Part shown: piece after piece, positions 43,871-53,605 of the stretch | Position numbering within the stretch: position 1 is the stretch's first letter | Layout: every line of letters starts with the position of its first letter | From: a bacterium | Lineage (GTDB): Bacteria; CAIWAD01 | Length of the DNA stretch: 64,000 nt | Direction of reading: 5' to 3' | Assembly (NCBI GenBank): GCA_030685015.1 | Contig: JAUXWS010000059.1 | Location: 87,052 to 151,051, forward strand | The notes under the pieces: model-generated | What the model saw: only the letters and a program-made list of their open reading frames with translations | What the model was told of the DNA's origin: nothing | The model's database searches: none | Translations under genes and position numbers: made by a program

Positions 43871-45595
43871 TCAGCGCACGGCCCGCACCTGGAAGTAGAG
43901 CTGTTCCACGCCGGGCAGGAACAGAACCGCGGGGGGCTGCTCCGTCTCCATCACCGGCTGTCCTGGAAAAGTCCAGGGCTGGGCCGATTGGTACACGCGA
44001 TATCCGGTGGCGCCGGGCACGGGCGTCCAATGCAGCGTGGCCGCGCCGGCGGTCATGCCCAGCGACAGGTCCGTCACCGGGTCCGGGGGCGTGGCGGGAT
44101 GGGCCGCGTGCCAGGCGAAGGCGCGCTGCAGGAAGCCGGCCATGGTCACGGAGGCCGGCAGCGGTCCATAGAGACGCAAGGCCTCGAGGGGGAATCCGCA
44201 GAAAATGCTGTTGAATCCGCCGCCCGCCAGGTAGGCCGCGGCGGGACCCAACGTCCCCTGGCGCCAAGCGGCCATCTGCACCGCCGGCGGCGTCACCGCG
44301 ATGACATCGGGATGCACGTTGTTGTTGGCCGCCGCCGCCCCCGACAGGATGAGGTCCATGCCGCCGAACCAGGGGTCGTCGGCCGTGGTGGTGGCCCAGA
44401 AGATGTTGCCGCCGGTGAGCGCCGTCGTTTGCACGCCGAAGCGCTGGGCGAGGAAGGGGGCGTTCTGCGCGTTGCTGGAGGCGTACTGGCTGGAAAGCAC
44501 CAGCAGGCCGCCACGGTCCAGGAAGGCCTCCAGCACGGCCCGCTCCGCCGCGGTGATGTCCGGGTTGCGGATGCCGCCCAGCCAGATGATGCGCTGGTAT
44601 CTCAGCGCCTCCACCTCGCTCAGGGCGCCCTGCTGGTCCAGGGCCCACAGGTCGGCGGCCACGCCCAGGGCCGAGAGCGCGTTCAGGGCGTAGCTCTCGT
44701 TGTCGTCCATCTCGCCGTCGGCATCCACCAGCAGCAGGTCGGGACGGGCGATGCGCTGCTGGACCAACAGGTTCTGCTCCCAGGTGCCGCCCTCGAAGTT
44801 GGCCGACACGTGGATCTGGAAATCCGCCCAGTGCGGCTCCGCTTCGGACGACACGATGAAACTGAAGGCCGGCGTCTGCACGACCTGGCCCGGTGCCATG
44901 GCCGCCACCGTGGCTTGCGCCACCTGCGGTGACAGGGCGCTGGAGGTGGTCGACCAACTGATGTTGATGGACTGGGCGGCCATGCCGTTGGGACTGTTGC
45001 GCAAGGTGAGGGCGAAGCTCACCTGCTCGCCGGGATCTGGCCGGCCGTCGCCGTTGTCGTCGGACAGGATGTCCACCGACAGCAGGTTGAAGAAGGGGTT
45101 GGGCAGGCTGAGATACTGCTGGATGACGGCGTGGATGGCCGACTCGTTGAAGCCCGAGGCGGTGTAGCGGACGATGCCCTCCGTGTCCAGCACCACGTTG
45201 TAGGGGATGTAGTTGTTGCCGTATTGATTGTAGATGCTGGCGCAGCCCACGAGGACGGGAAAGGTGGGGTTGTATTGGTTCCAGTGGGCGTGCAGGGCGG
45301 CGGCGCTGGCGTTGTCCGTGTCGATGTGGACGACTTCGAAGGCGGCGGGATCGTAGGAGGCCTCGAAGTTGGATTGCAACACCGGAAACTCGGTGTTACA
45401 AGACGGTCACCACGTGGCGCCGAAGTTGAGGAGGACCACCTTGCCGCGCTGGCTGTAGAGATTCCAGCTTTGGCCGTTCCAATCCGTGCAGGTGAAATCG
45501 GTGGGCGTGCTGCCGATGGTCCAGACGGCGGCCGCGGGCGCGCAAAGGACCATCGACAGAAACAGCCCGGTCAACAAACGGGCGCGGTGCTTCAT
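43871..45595 (-). CDS. candidate selenoprotein, paralog 2: secreted TlpA-like thioredoxin-fold (UxxC) protein with the same middle region and an FN3-like C-terminus. In-frame UGA at 45407..45409.
   Basis: ORFs 45407..45595 and 43871..45382 are in the same frame, separated only by TGA. Signal peptide MKHRARLLTGLFLSMVLCAPAAA. Read-through gives KVVLLNFGATW-U-PSCNTEFPVLQ, identical in the active-site block to copy 1. RBS AGGGGGGA. Confidence 0.65.
45378..45397 (-). promoter_or_regulatory. SECIS-like hairpin AACACCG-AGUUUC-CGGUGUU (7-bp stem) beginning 9 nt 3-prime of the UGA at 45407..45409
   Basis: Seen directly. The hairpin-forming nucleotides are identical to copy 1, while flanking synonymous positions differ. 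Confidence 0.5.
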
Positions 45596-45768
45596 TAATC
45601 CCCCTGGTTCACAAGCGGAACAAACGTAAGGGCTGAGGTGGCTCGCTCCAAGAGAAAAGAGCCATCACGTCAATTATTCAGCGGGCGGGGATAGGCCTGA
45701 TGACACCCAGGCAGCTTGATGTCCCACCCCCCCGACACCTTGCCGGCGAATCACAAAGGAGGTGTCCC

Positions 45769-46128
45769 ATGATCAAGCAGAAAACCAACAAGCCGGTGAT
45801 GGTCAGCTTCCGCCGGAGCGTGGGCGAGCTTCGCCTGCTGGGGCTGGTGGCCTGGGGCGGGCTGTGCCTGGATCTGGCCGGGCTGCGCGGCCGGGACGTG
45901 GCGCTGCGCCTGGGGGCGCCCCGCATGTGGATGGAGACGATGCTGGAGGCCGTGGCGCAGGCGGGATCCCGCCAGCTGGTGCTGGTGGATTTGGATCTCA
46001 GCGTCTTCCTGGGCGATCCAAGCGAACTGGCCGGCCGTCTGGAAACTTGGGCGGCGCGGCAGGGCGTCCGCCTGACCCGCCTGTCCACCCAGGGCCTGTC
46101 CGCCGCCGGGTCCGCACGGGCGGCATGA
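45769..46128 (+). CDS. hypothetical protein (119 aa)
   Basis: Strong RBS AAAGGAGG 7 nt upstream of the ATG at 45769. It sits inside ORF 45700..46128. Confidence 0.5.
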   Translation: MIKQKTNKPVMVSFRRSVGELRLLGLVAWGGLCLDLAGLRGRDVALRLGAPRMWMETMLEAVAQAGSRQLVLVDLDLSVFLGDPSELAGRLETWAARQGVRLTRLSTQGLSAAGSARAA

Positions 46129-46156
46129 ATGGACGGGGCGGATGCGCTGGCATGCC

Positions 46157-46840
46157 CTACCAGCCGACCTCCTCTTCATCGCGGATGAAGCGGCCGCTGG
46201 GTCCGCCCTCAGGCAGCAGGGCGAGCCGCAAGAGGCCGCGGGCGCCCTCGTCGGGGCTGCGGTCGGCCTCCGGCCCACCCATGCGGGTCCGCACCCAGCC
46301 GGGACTGACGGCGTTGACCAGCACTCCCGGCGGCAGCCCGTGTGACAAAGACACTGTGAGAGCGTTGAGGGCGGCCTTGCTGACGCTGTAGGAGGCGGGT
46401 CCAGCCATGCCCTGGGTGAAGGAGCCCCAGCCCGAGGAGACGTTGACCACGCGACCCCAGCCCCGTGCGATCATGGGCGGCATGAAGGTCCGACAGCAGC
46501 GCCAGGCGCCCAGCAGGTTCACCTGGAGGGATTCCAGGATGTCGGTCTCGTCCACCGTCAGCGCGTCGCCCCGCACCAGGACGGCGGCATTGTTGACCAG
46601 GATGTCCACGGCCTGGCCCTGCATGTCGAGCAGGCGGGCACAGGTGGCGATGGAGGCGGGGTCGGCCACGTCCAGCTCCACGGGTGTGATGGAGCCGGCG
46701 CCGGCCACGGCGCGCAGGGCCTCCGCGCCGGCCTCCTCGTCGCGGCATCCCATCAGCACGTGTACGCCGGCTTGGGCCAGTTGCCCGCAGAGGGCAAGGC
46801 CGATGCCGCGGTTGCCGCCGGTGACCAGGGCCGTGCGCAT
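46157..46840 (-). CDS. SDR-family short-chain dehydrogenase/reductase
   Basis: ORF 46157..47026, with start at the ATG with an AGAGGAG RBS. Cofactor motif TGGNRGIG and active-site YSVSK (YxxxK). Confidence 0.85.
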   Translation of the reverse strand: MRTALVTGGNRGIGLALCGQLAQAGVHVLMGCRDEEAGAEALRAVAGAGSITPVELDVADPASIATCARLLDMQGQAVDILVNNAAVLVRGDALTVDETDILESLQVNLLGAWRCCRTFMPPMIARGWGRVVNVSSGWGSFTQGMAGPASYSVSKAALNALTVSLSHGLPPGVLVNAVSPGWVRTRMGGPEADRSPDEGARGLLRLALLPEGGPSGRFIRDEEEVGW

Positions 46841-47258
46841 GGTGCTCCTCTTGTCTGCTTCCACCTCTGTTTCCGCCGCTGTACGCGGCGAGTCCGCTCC
46901 TTCCTGGCAACCCGGTGCCCAAGCAGCTTGTCGGGCTTGGCCATGAGCGACGCGTTGTGCGGCGCAAGATGTCGCGCCGGCTTGGGACATCTCGATCACC
47001 ACGCGACAACCCCTTTGCTCGGTCAACCCTTGCCACGGGGATGGTCGAAATCAATGTTTGCTGACGCCCGTGTGCTCGACGACCTGCAAGAGTTCGTGCT
47101 CGGCTGCAGCTTGCCGGCCAAGGCATCGAGGTCTCCTCGATATCCTGACCCAACCTCACGGTTGTAACACTCATGATCACCTTCAAACATCTGGCAACCA
47201 TGTAATACAAGGCGGTTGTCGTGGGAATCTTAGATGCAATCCGAATACGTGAGCCCAG

Positions 47259-48590
47259 CTACGCGTTATGCCTCACCCGGAAGCGCACCGTGCGCGTCTC
47301 CCCGGCCTTGACGGGCACCTGCATCTCCAGGGTGCCGGCGTCCTTCTTCTCCCACGCCACGTCGGATGAGAGGACGCTCCAGTCGCCCCACATCCGCTCC
47401 CGCACGATGATGGTGGCGGACTCTTTCGCCTTGCGGTTGCGCAGGACGACCTCGATCTCGCGGTCAACGCTGCGTCCGCTGCGCTTCTCGTCCAGGACCT
47501 TGCGCTCGGCCACCAGGTCGAAGGCCTTGCCGGCGCTGAGCTTCACTCTCTCATCCACCGGCGTGTGCTTGACGGCATCCTCGCCCACCATCTGCCGGCG
47601 GCCGCGGTTGTCCAGCTTGTAGAGGCGCACCGTGCCCTCGGGCAGCGGCAGGCCGGGGCCCTTGTCCTTGCTGTTGACGAACTCCAGCTCCACCTGCACC
47701 TCGTTGCCGCGGTTGCTGTCCGTGATGTAGCGCTTGGCCAGCGTGACGCGCTTGGGGTCGAAGAGGGAAACCTGCTTGTCCTGGCGGTCGCGGATGGTCA
47801 CCGGGCGTTCCAGGGTGTAGAGGTGGTACTCGAAGAAGGCCTCCTCGGCGAAGCCGCCGGCGGCGTCGGCCATCTCGGCCATGGCCATGCGCGGCGCCTT
47901 GGCCCAGTTCTCCATGGCGGGCCGCACCCGGTTGACCTTGCCCGCCACCAGCTGCAGGGTGGCGTCCTCCCAGGTGAGGCCGGTCTGGTTGCCGAGGTTG
48001 ACCCAGGAGGCCATCTCCATGCTGTTGTCGTCCTCGGCCAGCAGGCAGACGTACTCCGCCTTCCAGCCCAGCCCGCCACTCAGGTAGCTGATCGTCGCCT
48101 TGCGGTTGCCGGCGTTCTGCGCCTCCAGCTCCCAGCGCAGGGCGGGCCGCAGGCGCAGACCCTCCGGCAGGCTGGGATAGCGCACGGCGACCAGGGCCTC
48201 CGGCCGCAGGCTGGTCACTCCCTGGGCCGTCTGCAGGATGAGGCCCATCCCGCCGGCGAGCAGGGTGCCGCGCAGCCACTCGCCGCCCTCCAACTGGGCC
48301 TCGATCTCCTGGCCCAGGTAGCGGCGCAAGAGGGTGCCCTCGTCCACCAGGTCGTACTCGTAGTTCTGCTCCAGGAGGCGGACCCCCTCGCAGGAGAAGA
48401 GGACGGTGGCCGGCTCGATCTGCTGGCTGACGCCGTCGAAGAGCCACTCCTGGCGGCCTTTCTTGAGCGGCAACTCGCGCTCCTCGCTGATCAGGCCGAA
48501 GCCGTCGCTGTAAATGGTGATGGAGCCGGCGCACCAGGCCACGGGCGCCATCAGCGTGGCCAGCAGGGCGGCGGTCAGGGTGCGGGTCAT
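47259..48590 (-). CDS. DUF4139-domain secreted protein (mucoidy-inhibitor MuiA-like)
   Basis: ORF 47259..48728, with start at the ATG with an AAGGAG RBS. Signal peptide MTRTLTAALLATLMAPVAWC. Family assignment is by overall pattern, with moderate certainty. Confidence 0.6.
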   Translation of the reverse strand: MTRTLTAALLATLMAPVAWCAGSITIYSDGFGLISEERELPLKKGRQEWLFDGVSQQIEPATVLFSCEGVRLLEQNYEYDLVDEGTLLRRYLGQEIEAQLEGGEWLRGTLLAGGMGLILQTAQGVTSLRPEALVAVRYPSLPEGLRLRPALRWELEAQNAGNRKATISYLSGGLGWKAEYVCLLAEDDNSMEMASWVNLGNQTGLTWEDATLQLVAGKVNRVRPAMENWAKAPRMAMAEMADAAGGFAEEAFFEYHLYTLERPVTIRDRQDKQVSLFDPKRVTLAKRYITDSNRGNEVQVELEFVNSKDKGPGLPLPEGTVRLYKLDNRGRRQMVGEDAVKHTPVDERVKLSAGKAFDLVAERKVLDEKRSGRSVDREIEVVLRNRKAKESATIIVRERMWGDWSVLSSDVAWEKKDAGTLEMQVPVKAGETRTVRFRVRHNA

Positions 48591-48628
48591 GACGATCTCC
48601 TTGCCGGCGGCGGCCGGCCCGTGGCGGG

Positions 48629-49117
48629 TCATTTCTTCTCGAAATCCAGGGATGCTGAGTTGACGCAGTAGCGCAGGCCGGTGGGCTGGGGGCCGTCCTC
48701 GAAAACGTGGCCCAGGTGGGCGCCGCAATTGGCGCAGACGATCTCCGTGCGCTGCATGCCGTGGCTGCTGTCCGGCCGGGTGGCGACGCGGTCGTTCTCG
48801 GCGGTGAAGAAACTGGGCCAGCCGCAGCCGCTGTCGTACTTGGTCTCCGACTGGAAGAGGGTGACGCCGCAGACCACGCAGCTGTAGCGGCCGTCCTCGT
48901 GGTGGTTCCAGTACTGGCCGGTGTAGGGCGCCTCGGTGCCGCGCTCCTGGGTCACGCGGAACTGCTCGGGGCTGAGGCGGGCCTTGAGGTCGGCGGAATC
49001 GGGTCGACTTGCCTCGCTCATCGCATGTCCCTCCGCGCTGGGGCTTCGTCCCGACTCGTGGTGGCAGGCCGCCAACAGCAGCAAGGCCAGGACGGAACAG
49101 ATCAATGGATGTCGCAT
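48629..49117 (-). CDS. msrB: peptide-methionine (R)-S-oxide reductase MsrB, lipoprotein form
   Basis: ORF 48629..49297, with start at the ATG with a GGAGG RBS. Lipobox LLLAAC. MsrB blocks CVVCG...CGWPSF...RYCVNS carrying the two CxxC pairs. Confidence 0.85.
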   Translation of the reverse strand: MRHPLICSVLALLLLAACHHESGRSPSAEGHAMSEASRPDSADLKARLSPEQFRVTQERGTEAPYTGQYWNHHEDGRYSCVVCGVTLFQSETKYDSGCGWPSFFTAENDRVATRPDSSHGMQRTEIVCANCGAHLGHVFEDGPQPTGLRYCVNSASLDFEKK

Positions 49118-49215
49118 GGGACCTCCGCGCGGCTGCCGGACGGCCGGACTCCCGGCCTCTGCAGGGCGCGGCGCAAGGTAGGAAATCATCCGCCCGGCGG
49201 AGCTCTTGTCGAAGG

Positions 49216-50408
49216 TCAGGCCGTGCGCGTCACGGTCAGCCGCACCTGGCCGTGGTTGTTCTTGTAGAAGTTCCAGGCCTCGTTGGCGTGGCAGCAAAGG
49301 TAGCCGGCGCGGGACGGCGTGCGGCTGTGGGCCGTGCCGATGCGGAAGGTCTCCAGGGGAGCAGGCGTGCCGTCCGGCCCCGGATCGCCGCCGTTGGCGA
49401 TGGCGCCCATGAGGGCCATCCAGGGCTCCTGCTCGGCCCGCCGCGTGCCCCAGAAATCCGCCTCCTCGTTGCCGGTCACCTTCTTCACCAGTTGTTCGAA
49501 GCGACCCCAGACCCCCGCGGCGACGTGAATCAATTCACCCTTGTCGAAGCGGCCATCCTTGGTGCCCCCTGGGGCCGCAGACCAGGTCGCGGTCCATCCA
49601 CTGGCCCTCGGCACTGGACTCGCAAGTGGCGCCCGCCTACAGCCAGAGGCCAGTGATGTTCCAACGGTCGGCGGGCGTAAATGGCCAGCTGGCAGGATTC
49701 ACCCACGGCGAGCTGTTGCGTCCGCCGGCAGGGCGCTTGGAGGATGGGCGGATCCTCCAGGCGCTTGAGGGCGGTGGAATGGATGTGATCGTCGCCGCTC
49801 GTCAGTTTTGGCGTGTGGCGGGGCTGGGTGCGCAGCAGCTTGAAGACGCCGGAGCAAGAGTCGTGCAGGACGTCCTGGTGGTTGGGGCGGACCTGGCGCA
49901 GCATGCCCGGCTTGAAGGCCTAACCCTGGGCCTGGGCCTCCTCGATCATCCACTGCAGAGCGCCGTTGGAGAGGCCGGTCTCGGCGTAGCCGCCCCCCAC
50001 GTCGCAGTGCACGCCGCGCTTCCAGCGGTCGACGTCGGACAAGCCGGTCAGATCGGGCAGGCCGCAGGCCGACATCAGTCCGGCCAGACTGCGCACCGTG
50101 CAGGCGCCGCGGCTGAAGCCGATAAGGAAGAGGCGGCCGCCGTCCTGCACGTTGCGGCAGAGCCAGTGCCAGGCGCTGAGGATGTTCTTGCTCAGCCCTT
50201 CGCCCACGCTGCCGCCCTTGGCCTTCTCCCACCATCTGTCTTCGGTGCCCGCGCCGGGATGGTGTTAGGCCAACTGGTGCCTGCCCTGGGCGTCTGTCTC
50301 GGCCAGCGCGTTGTGGAGACGCACCACGTTGGCGGGGACAGGAGTGCCGCTCTCGTCCTGGTCGGGTGTGCTCCAGGTGCCGTCGCAGCAGATAACCAGC
50401 CGCCGCAT
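49216..50408 (-). pseudogene. disrupted DUF2235 (T6SS Tle1-lipase-like alpha/beta hydrolase) gene. In-frame TAA at 50265..50267 and TAG at 49920..49922, plus a frameshift in 49530..49614.
   Basis: N-terminal fragment MRRLVICCDGTWSTPD...NVVRL carries the DUF2235 CDGTW and NVxRL blocks. The next same-frame fragment has GFSRGA (GxSxG) and GVHCDVGGGY. Four consecutive ORF-track pieces lie on one strand. Confidence 0.5.
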
Positions 50409-50541
50409 GGGGTTTCCCCGTTTCAGATGTGTATTGGATGTGCCGTGTGGTGGCCAGCATATCACCGCCATGCGGGGAAGAGGCGATGTCAAGGGGAAAA
50501 CCGATTCAGGAAGATGCCCGCCACGGCATCCTGCTGACTGG

Positions 50542-52572
50542 TCATGGGCGCCGACGGTCCGGGTTGTGGAAGTAGTTGAAGCGCCAGAGCGCCTCGTCGC
50601 CATGGCAAGTGGCGCACAGGGTCTCGCTGCTCTCGGCCGTGAGGAATTGCACTCGTCCATGCTCACGACCTTCGCGCCAGGGCTGATGTGGATTGTGACA
50701 GGTGCGGCAATCCACATGCAGGTAGCGTCGCTCTTCCGGAACGATGGAGGGCAGCGGCCCCTTTTCCCAGGCGGGGTGGAACCAGGCCTTGGGCACGCGC
50801 TGTCCGACTCCGGAGTCGTGGTGGCAGGCCAAGCAGCCGATGGCGCCGGTTGTCCAATTGTCGGGCTGCCGTTCCCGGCTTCCTTCGGCCCAGTCCGATT
50901 CGGGCATGAGATGACCCAGGTTCGATCCGGCCACGGCGGAGCTGAGCAGGGCCGGCGTGGCCGCCTGGTGCGGACTGTGGCAGGCTGCGCAGGGATTGGG
51001 CGATTCGCCGGGCATTCCGCGCCGGTCGTGCATGCTGCCCAGGATGGAGCCCTGGTTGGTATGGCAGTCCATGCACAAGGCGCCGTCATGATTGCCCGCG
51101 CGAAGGAAACTGGAGGCATCGTCGCCGTTCATGCCCCGTGCCCATGCAGCCCCGACGGGACTCCACTGGTGTGGGTCGTGGCAGGTTTCGCAGCCGATGC
51201 GCTCATCCGCAAGGCGTGGCAGCCAGGAAGGCCGGAGGGCTCCGATTCCCCTTCCCACCGGATGGCTGAATTCACCCACGGAGCTGAGCCCCGGAGTGTT
51301 GGCTGCGGCATCCTCGTGACAGCGAAGGCACAGGCGCGTGGCCGGGCTTAGCAGGCCGGCCTCGGCGGGACCATCGGGACTGGTGGCCAGCACGTCGCGG
51401 CCGTGGGCATCGTGACAACTGCTGCAGCGCCACACCGACTGACCCGAGAGGGAGATGAAAAGCGGTTCGTCGGCGCCATGGTCGGAGGCCAGAATGGAAG
51501 CTTGGCCTGGGTGGCAACTCAGGCAAAGGCCATCTTCAGCCTGGTCCATGCGCCGCAGGAAACTGGTTCCCGGCGTGCCGGGCTGGCCTGCGTCGGTCTC
51601 GCCTCCGACGGACCACCGATGCGGATCGTGGCAGGTGATGCAAGCCACGTGGCCTTGTCGCAGGGGCAAGTCGCCACTTCCCTCCGGCACCGCGCCCAAG
51701 GGATGGCCCCAGGCATGCGCGGCGTCCTCGCTGTGGGATTGCGGCGCCGCGTGACAGCGTTGGCAAAGGGCGTTGCCGCGAGAGTCGGGCGAGGCGTTGG
51801 CGTGGGGCGCATGACAGGTCGAGCAGGCGTCGTGCTCCCCGGGCTTCCCACTGGACAGGCTGTGACGGGTGGACAGGACCTCCTGTTGCGGCTCATGGCA
51901 TGCGGCACACAGCCTGCCACGATCCTTGCCCTCCGTGTTCCGCGTGGGATGCGCGCTGTGCATCTTGTGGCAACTGAGGCATTCCACCCGGTCCCGCGGG
52001 GTGAAGGAATTGGTCAGCGAAGCGCCTCGACCATCCTTGAGCTGTGCGTGGATCGGGTGATTCCCGGCATTGCCCGCGTGGTCCGCATGACAGTTGAGGC
52101 AAAGCTCCGAGGCGAGAATGCCGTCTCGGATGAAGGGCGACAGCTCGTACTTGCGCCCCATTTTGTGCGTGTGCGGCGTGTGGCAGGTGCCGCAATAGAC
52201 GTCGCCATTCAGGTCGAGCGGAAGACTGCCCGTGGAAAAACCCTTGGGGAGTTTCCGCAAATGGATGTCGCCGGGGCGAAACGCAGTGCGGCTGTCCTTC
52301 ACGTAGCCATCGTGGCAGGACCAGCACATTTCTTCCGAGCTGTTGCGCGCCGGCTCGCCGTCCAGGATCACCGGGTTCTTCAGGGGAGGCAGGAAGGGCT
52401 CCAGGCGGTCAAAATCGTCGCCCCAGTTGATATGGCAGATGATGCACTGACGGAGGTGCTCGGCGCGCGATACCACGGCAAGGCTGTTGGATGAAGCACA
52501 CAGCAATGCCAGCAGGAGGACGCGAAAGGTCAGGTTCTGGCTTGGGATCACAAGGGGCCGGATCTTGGCCAT
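50542..52572 (-). CDS. multiheme c-type cytochrome with 18 CxxCH motifs, secreted
   Basis: Signal peptide MAKIRPLVIPSQNLTFRVLLLALLCASS. I counted 18 CxxCH motifs in the translation. Confidence 0.85.
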   Translation of the reverse strand: MAKIRPLVIPSQNLTFRVLLLALLCASSNSLAVVSRAEHLRQCIICHINWGDDFDRLEPFLPPLKNPVILDGEPARNSSEEMCWSCHDGYVKDSRTAFRPGDIHLRKLPKGFSTGSLPLDLNGDVYCGTCHTPHTHKMGRKYELSPFIRDGILASELCLNCHADHAGNAGNHPIHAQLKDGRGASLTNSFTPRDRVECLSCHKMHSAHPTRNTEGKDRGRLCAACHEPQQEVLSTRHSLSSGKPGEHDACSTCHAPHANASPDSRGNALCQRCHAAPQSHSEDAAHAWGHPLGAVPEGSGDLPLRQGHVACITCHDPHRWSVGGETDAGQPGTPGTSFLRRMDQAEDGLCLSCHPGQASILASDHGADEPLFISLSGQSVWRCSSCHDAHGRDVLATSPDGPAEAGLLSPATRLCLRCHEDAAANTPGLSSVGEFSHPVGRGIGALRPSWLPRLADERIGCETCHDPHQWSPVGAAWARGMNGDDASSFLRAGNHDGALCMDCHTNQGSILGSMHDRRGMPGESPNPCAACHSPHQAATPALLSSAVAGSNLGHLMPESDWAEGSRERQPDNWTTGAIGCLACHHDSGVGQRVPKAWFHPAWEKGPLPSIVPEERRYLHVDCRTCHNPHQPWREGREHGRVQFLTAESSETLCATCHGDEALWRFNYFHNPDRRRP

Positions 52573-52798
52573 GGAGGCCTCCGCGGGGATGAAGAGAATG
52601 TGCTTCCGTCAGAACAGGAGTCGGTGGCCAACGGCCGCAGGGGGCGATAGCCTCAATTGTGAAACTGTTGCCAAGTTAATCCCCGTCGTGGGCAATTCAA
52701 GTGCAAGCCAGCGGGTTTCCAACTTGACATGGCAGCTTTCGTCACAGACCTTGAATCGACGAAAGCCGTTGGCAAGTTGAGTTCATGCTGGCCTTGGG

Positions 52799-53542
52799 AT
52801 GTGTATGAAGATCCGGATCCTGTTCCTGTTTTTGTTGACGGCGGCGGTTGCCGCGGGCGCCGCCGGTGCCGGGCGGCCCTCTCCCAAGGGCGCATGCCTG
52901 GTCTGTCACAAGTTGAAGACGCCAAATTTGTACGCGGACTGGCACTCCTCCGCCCATGCCAAGAACGGAGTGACCTGCCTGGACTGCCATGAGGCGCGGG
53001 CCAGCGAACCGGATTCCTATGCCCATGGTGGAGCCACCATTTCACTTTTCGTGACCCCGAAGGATTGCGCCGGATGCCATGAGGTGGAGACAAGCCAGTA
53101 CGCGCGCTCCGGACACGCCGGCGCCGCTGTGGATCTGGAGAGCATCGACCCCGGGCTGCGCGCCAATTACGGCGAGCCCGGGTCCTGCAGCAAGTGCCAT
53201 GGTGGTCACGCCCGTCGCGATCCCGACCGGCCCATCGGCCAGCCCGTGGTGCCCCGTCCGGAACACGGCGTGGGTCGCCTGAACCAGGACGGATCGCTGG
53301 GGGCCTGCACGCCTTGTCATGCCGAACACCGCTTTGCCAGGGACGTGGCGCGCAAAGACTCAACTTGCACGGCCTGCCACGGGGAGGAACACCGTCCCCG
53401 GCATGAAGGCGCCATTCTTGCCGCCGGCGGACGGCGCGCGGGCGTGCCCCCCCTGGACAGTCAAGTGGCGTGCGCCAGTTGCCACATGTCCGTGGGGCGG
53501 GGGCGGCCAGTGTCGCATCTCATCCAGCGCAAGGGACAGTGA
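52799..53542 (+). CDS. multiheme c-type cytochrome with 7 CxxCH motifs, secreted
   Basis: Signal peptide MKIRILFLFLLTAAVAAGAAGA. Motifs CLVCH, CLDCH, CAGCH, CSKCH, CTPCH, CTACH and CASCH. Confidence 0.8.
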   Translation: MCMKIRILFLFLLTAAVAAGAAGAGRPSPKGACLVCHKLKTPNLYADWHSSAHAKNGVTCLDCHEARASEPDSYAHGGATISLFVTPKDCAGCHEVETSQYARSGHAGAAVDLESIDPGLRANYGEPGSCSKCHGGHARRDPDRPIGQPVVPRPEHGVGRLNQDGSLGACTPCHAEHRFARDVARKDSTCTACHGEEHRPRHEGAILAAGGRRAGVPPLDSQVACASCHMSVGRGRPVSHLIQRKGQ

Positions 53543-53605
53543 CCGCTGTGCTTCCGCACGTCCAGTTAGAGTGCCTCAGCCCATTCCAGTAGTCTCGGAG
53601 CCGAC

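Noticed and set aside
49626-50537. 303-aa plus-strand ORF
   Set aside because: Antisense to the DUF2235 pseudogene fragments. No motifs.
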